Below the pieces are notes generated by a model. It had not been told where the DNA came from. It worked only from the letters and a program-made list of their open reading frames with translations, and did not search any database. Position numbers and translations under genes: made by a program. Of a stretch of 64,000 nt of DNA, positions 58,538 through 64,000 are shown one piece after another. Numbering within the stretch: position 1 is the first letter of the stretch; each line of letters begins with the position of its first letter. The stretch comes from the human T2T-CHM13v2.0 reference genome, Homo sapiens, in the NCBI RefSeq assembly GCF_009914755.1, contig NC_060947.1; one strand, given 5' to 3'.

Positions 58538-61416
58538 TAGAGAAGATTCAGATCATCACAATCGGAAATGACAAGAGGGATGTTAATACTGACCCTCCCT
58601 CAAAATACATACAATCATCAGACAATATTATGAACCCCTCTATCTACATAAACTCGACAATCTAGAAGAAATGGATAAATTCCTGAATACATACAACCTC
58701 CCAAGACTAAACCAGGGAGAAATTGAGTCCCTGAACAGACCAATAAGAAGTTCTGAAATTGAGGCAGTAAAAAATAGCCTACCAACCAAAAGAAGCCCAG
58801 GACCATTCCTACTGAAACTATTCCAAGAAAGTAAGGAGGAGGGATTCCTCCCTAACTCATTCTATGAGGCAAATATCATCCTGATACCAAAATCTGGCAG
58901 AGATACAATAACAGAAAAGCTGCAGGCCAATATCCTTGATGAACATAAATGCAAAAATCCTTTAAAAAATAACTGGCAAACAGAATCCAGCAGCATATCA
59001 AAAAGCTTATTCACCACAACCAAGTAGGCTTCATTCCTGGAAGGCAAGGTTGGGTCTACATATGCAAATCAGTAAGTTTGGTTCATCATACAAACAAAAC
59101 TAAAGGCAAAAACCACATGATTATCTCGATAGATGCGGAAAAGGCTTTTGATAAAATTCAACATCCATTCATGTTAAAAAAAATTCTCAATAAATTAAGC
59201 ATCAAAGGACCATACCTCAAAATAGTAAGACCTATGTATGACCAACCCCTAGTCAACATCATACTGAATGGGCAAAATCTGGAAGCAGTCCCCTTGAAAA
59301 CGGGCACAAGACAATGATGCCTTCTCTCACCACTCCTATTCAACATACTATTGGAAGTTCTGGCCAGGGCAATCAGGCAAGAGACATGTATACATATGTA
59401 ACAAACCTGCACGTTGTGCACATGTACCCTAGAACTTAAAATATTTAAAAAAAAAAAAGAAAGGGCATCCAAATAGGAAAAGAGGAAATCAAACTATCCC
59501 TGTTTGCAGGAGACATGATTCTATATTTAGAAAACTTCATAGCTTTCTCCCAAAAGGTACTTAAGCTGATAAAAACTTTAGCAAAATCTCAGGATACCAA
59601 ATCAATGTGCAAAAATCACTAGCATTCCTATACACCAACAATAGTCAACCCAAGATCCAAATCATGAATGAACTTCCATTCATAATTGCCACAAAAAGAA
59701 TGAAATACCTAGGAATACAGGTAACTAGGGAGGTGAAAGGTCTCTATGGGAGAACCAAAACCATTGCTGAAGGAAATCATACATGGCACAAAAAAATAGA
59801 AAAATGTCTAATGCTCATAGATAGGAATAATCAATATTATTAAAATGGCTATGCTTCCCAAAGCAATTCATTGATTCAATGCTATTTTTATTAAACCACC
59901 ATTGACATTCTTCACAGCACTAGAGAAAAGTAATTTAAAATTCATATGAAACCAAAAGAGAACCTGAATAGCCAAGGCAATTCTAAGCAAAAAGAATAAA
60001 GCTGGAGGCATAATGCTACCTGACTTCAATCTATACTACAATGCTACAGCAACCAAAACAGCCTGGTACTGGTACAAAAAAAGACATGCAGACCAATGGA
60101 ACAGAATAGAGAACCCAGAAATAAGATTGCACACCTGCAACTATTCAGTCTTCAATAAACCTGACAAAAGCAATGGGGAAAAGATTCCTTGTTCAATAAA
60201 TAGTGCTGGGGAACTGGCTAGCAATATGCAGAAGATTGAAACTGAACCCCTTCCTTACACCATATACAAAAATTAACTTAAGATGGATTGAAGACATAAA
60301 TGTAAAACCCAAAACTGTAGCAATCCTGAAAGACAATCTAGGCAATATCATTCAGGACATAGACACCGGCAAAGATTTCATGACGAAGACACAAAAAGCA
60401 ATTGCAACAAAAACAAAAATTGACAAATGGGACCTAGTTAAACTAAAGAGCTTCTGCACAGCAAAATAAACTATCAACAGAGTGAACAGACAACCTACAG
60501 AATGGGAGAAAATGTTTGCAAATTATGCATTTGACAAAGATCAGCATCTATAAGGAACTTAAACAAATTTACAAGCAAATAACAAACAACCCCGTTATAA
60601 AGTGGGCAAAGAACACCAACAGACACTTCAATACATGCGACCATCAATCATATGAGAAAAAGCTCAACATCACTGATTATTAGAGAAATGCAAATCAAAA
60701 CCGCAATGAAGGCCATGTAACAATAATCAGAATGACTATTATTAAAAAGTCAAACAATCACAGAGGCTGGTGAGGTTGTGGAGAAAGAGGAATGCTTATA
60801 CACTGTTGGCGGGAGTGTAAATTAGTTCTGCAATTCTGGAAGACAGTGTGGTGATTTTTCAAAGACATAAAGACAGAAATACCATTTGACTCAGCAATTC
60901 CATTACTGGGTATATACCCAAAGGAATATAAATCAGTCTGCTATAAAGACACATGCATACATATGTTCATTGCAGCACTATTTACAATAGCAAAGACATG
61001 GGATCAACCTAAATGCCTATCAATGTGATACTGGATTAAGAATACGTGGTTCATATTCACAGTGGAACACTATGAAGCTGTAAAAAAGAATGAGATAATT
61101 TCCTTTTCAGGAAAATGGATGGATTTGGAAGCCATTATTTTCAACAAACTAATGAAGGGACAGAAAAGCAAACACTGCATGTTCTCACTTATAAGTGGGG
61201 GCAGAATTATGAGAACACATGGTTGGGAACAACACACACTGGGGACTGTTGGTGGGGAGGAGAGAGAGCGAGCGAGCATCAGGAAGAATAGCTGATGAAT
61301 GCTAGGCTCAGTATCTAGGTGATGGGATGATCCGTGCAGCAAACCTGCATGACACAGGTTTACCTGTGTAACAGATCTGTACTTGTAGCCTTGAAATTAT
61401 AATAAACGTTTAAAAA
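58538..61416 (+). mobile_element. 5'-truncated L1PA13/L1PREC2-like element
   Basis: Degenerate ORF2 and 3'UTR gagcatcaggaagaatagctgatgaatgc. Confidence 0.82.
59384..59458 (+). mobile_element. ~75-bp L1PA5/6-like extreme 3' end inserted into an older L1 ORF2
   Basis: acatgtatacatatgtaacaaacctgcacgttgtgcacatgtaccctagaacttaaa plus A-tail. Confidence 0.85.
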
Positions 61417-61573
61417 GTGTTTAGTGTACTTTTATTTTTGCCTATTTGAAATTGCTAACATGCCTTAAAAACTTATAATAAAAGGCAAGTTTGAAAATAT
61501 GTTTGAAAATTGACAAAATTGTTTTGAAATTCTGTTTGGAAGATCAAATAGGCAAGATTAGCCACGAAAAAAA

Positions 61574-61852
61574 TTTTTTTTTTGTGGTGGAGTCTCGCTC
61601 TGTCACCCAGTCTGGAGTGCAGTGGCGTGATCTCGGCTCACTGCAACCTCTCGATTTCGAGCGATTCTCCTGCCTCAGCCTCCTGAGTAGCTGAGACCAC
61701 AGGACCGCCACCACGCCCAGCTAATTTTTGTATTTCTTTAAGTAGTGATGGGGTTTGGCCATGTTGTCCTGGCTGGTCTTGAACTCCTGATTTCAGGTGA
61801 CCTTAGCCTCCCAAAGTGCTGGGATTACAGCTGTGAGCCACCGCACCAAGCC
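61574..61852 (-). mobile_element. AluS inside an ancient L1M fragment (~61500-62000)
   Basis: Alu body with small deletions. Confidence 0.88.
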
Positions 61853-62009
61853 AGAACATTTTTTAGAAAGGAGTATTTGGGAAAGCTTCCTTCATCAGGT
61901 ATTAAAGTGACGTTTCAGGCTAAAATACTCAAAAAATGTAGTCTTGGAATAAGAACTGATGTATTACTCAATGGATACAATATTTAGCCCGGATAGAAAC
62001 CCTAGCATA

Positions 62010-62125
62010 TTAAATCAGCAAATATTTATTCAGTGCTTATGATACTGGCACTATTTAAAAGGCACTAGGGACACAGCAGTGAGTATAACAAGATCTCTGC
62101 TCTCATGGAGACTACATCTCATGGC
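62010..62125 (-). mobile_element. L2 3' end
   Basis: tcagcaaatatttatt...ggcactagggacacagcagtgag...ctctgctctcatggag. Confidence 0.72.
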
Positions 62126-62136
62126 ATGTCAAACTA

Positions 62137-63465
62137 TCAAATAGTAGTTCTACTTTTAGTTCTTTAAGGAATCTTCACGCTGTTTTCCATAGTGGTTTTA
62201 CTAGTTTACATTCTCACCAACAGTGTAGAAGTGTTCCCTGTTCACCGCACCCATGCCAACATCTACTATTTTTTTGATTTTTTGATTATGGCCATTCGTG
62301 CAGGACTAAGGTGGTATCGCATTGTGGTTTTGATTTACATTTCCCTGATCATTAGTGATGTTAAGCATTCTTTTATGTTTGTTGGTCATTTGTATATATT
62401 CTTTTGAAAATTGCCTATTCATATCATTAGCTGACTTTTTGATGGGATTGTTTGTTTTGTTCTTGTTGATTTGTTTGATTTCATTGTAGATTCTGGATAT
62501 TAGTTTTTCTCAGATGGATAGATCGTGAAGGTTTTTTACTCACTCTGTGGGTTTTCTGTTTACTCTGCTGACTGTTCCTTTTGCAGTGCAAAAGCTCTTT
62601 AGATTAATTAAGTCCTAGCAATTCATCTTTGTGTTTATTGCATTTGCTTTTGGATTCCTGATTATAAAATCCTTGCCTAAACCAACATCTAGAAGGGGTT
62701 TTTCAATGTTATCTTCTAGAATTTTTATAGTTTCATGTCTTATATTAAAGTCTTTAAGCCATCTTGATTTCTGTGTAAGGTGAGAGATGAGGATCCAGTT
62801 TTATTCTACATGCGGCTAGCCAATTATCCCAGCACTATTTGTTGAAAATGGTATCCTATCCCTACTTTATGTTTTTGTTTGCTTTGTCAAAGATCAGTTG
62901 GCTTTACTTTTGGGTTCTCCACTTTGTTCCATTGGTCTAATTGGTACTTTTATACCAGTAACATGCTGTTTTGGTGACTATGGCCTTATAGTATACTTTG
63001 AAATCAGGTTATGTGATGCCTCCAGTTTTGTTCTTTCTGCTTAGTCTTGCTTTGGCTATGTGGGCTTACTTTTGGTTCCATATTCATTTTATAATTTTTT
63101 CTAAGTCTGTGAAGAATGACGGTGATATTTTGATGGGAATTGTGTTGAATTTGTTGATTGCTTTTGGCAGTATGATCATTTTCACAATATTCATTCTAGC
63201 CATCCACGAGCATGGGATATGTTTCATTTCTTTGTGTTGTCTATGATTTCTTTCATCAGTGTTTTATAGTTTTCCTTGTAGAGGTCTTTCAAGTTCTTGG
63301 TTAGGTATATTCCTAAGTATTTTTTTTTTTTTTTTTTTTTTTGCAGCTATTGTAAACGGGTTTCAGTTCTTGACTTGATTCTCCACTTGGTTGTTGTTGG
63401 TGTATAGAAGAGCTACTTTTGTGTACATTAGTCTGATCTTTGTATGAAGAAACTTTGCTGAATTC
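62137..63465 (-). mobile_element. L1PB ORF2 segment lacking its 3' end
   Basis: Antisense match to the L1PB ORF2 at 19250-20560. Confidence 0.82.
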
Positions 63466-64000
63466 TTTTTTTTATTATACCTTAAGTTCTAGGGTACATG
63501 TGCACAACGTGCAGGTTTGTTACATATGTATACATGTGCCATGCTGGTGTGCTGCATTCATTATCTCATCATTTACATTAGGTATATCTCCTAATGCTAT
63601 CCCTCCCCCTCCCCCTATCCTACAACAGGCCCCAGTGTGTGATGTTCCCCTTCCTGTGTCCAAATGTTCTCATTGTTCAATTCCCACCTATGAGTGAGAA
63701 CATGCAGTGTTTGGTTTTTTGTCCTTGCGATAGTTTGCTGAGAATGATGGTTTCCAGCTTCATCCATGTCCCTACAAAGGAAATGAACTCATCCTTTTTT
63801 ATGGCTGCATAGTATTCCATTGTGTATATGTGCCACATTTGCTTAATCCAGTCAATCATTGATGGATATTTGGGTTGGTTCCAAATCTTTGCTATTGTGA
63901 ATAGTGCCACAATAAACATACATGTGCATGGGTCTTTATAGCAGCATGATTTATAATCCTTTGGGTATATACTCAATAATGGGATGTCTGGGTCAAATGG
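63466..64000 (-). mobile_element. L1PA5-7-like 3' end (continues beyond the window)
   Basis: Poly(T), aagttctagggtacatgtgcacaacgtgcagg, and the ORF2 C-terminus FSLIGGN. Confidence 0.9.

Overview
Primate genomic DNA, and almost certainly human because it carries an L1HS-Ta insertion. Nearly all of it is transposable-element derived and LINE-1 dominates. I could not identify a host protein-coding or RNA gene; all long ORFs are L1 ORF1/ORF2/ORF0, HERV-K(HML-5) gag/pol or Tigger1 transposase remnants. The window consists of three nested stacks. (1) A full-length L1MA3-like element (minus, ~1062-17747) holds an L1PA2, two Alus, MSTA and THE1 LTRs, an L1PA4 stub, a 3'-truncated HML-5 provirus and an L1PA13-like element with its own Alu. 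(2) A 5'-truncated L1PB (18823-24802) has a 3'UTR that received an orphan poly(A)-less L1 fragment and then, at the same site, a twin-primed (5'-inverted) L1HS-Ta with a perfect 18-bp TSD. (3) A Tigger1 (27313-58333) is split by a 28-kb stack: a full-length L1MA4-like element containing a full-length L1PB (itself containing a full-length L1PA4), a MER11 LTR with an AluY, and a full-length L1PA13-like element with an ERV1 LTR. The best leads are the probably polymorphic L1HS-Ta inversion insertion with reuse of its target site, and an open, extended 206-codon L1 ORF0 that reads out of the L1PA4 into flanking DNA. Subfamily names come from recalled consensus diagnostics and need RepeatMasker/Dfam confirmation. 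I found no supportable new multi-gene system.
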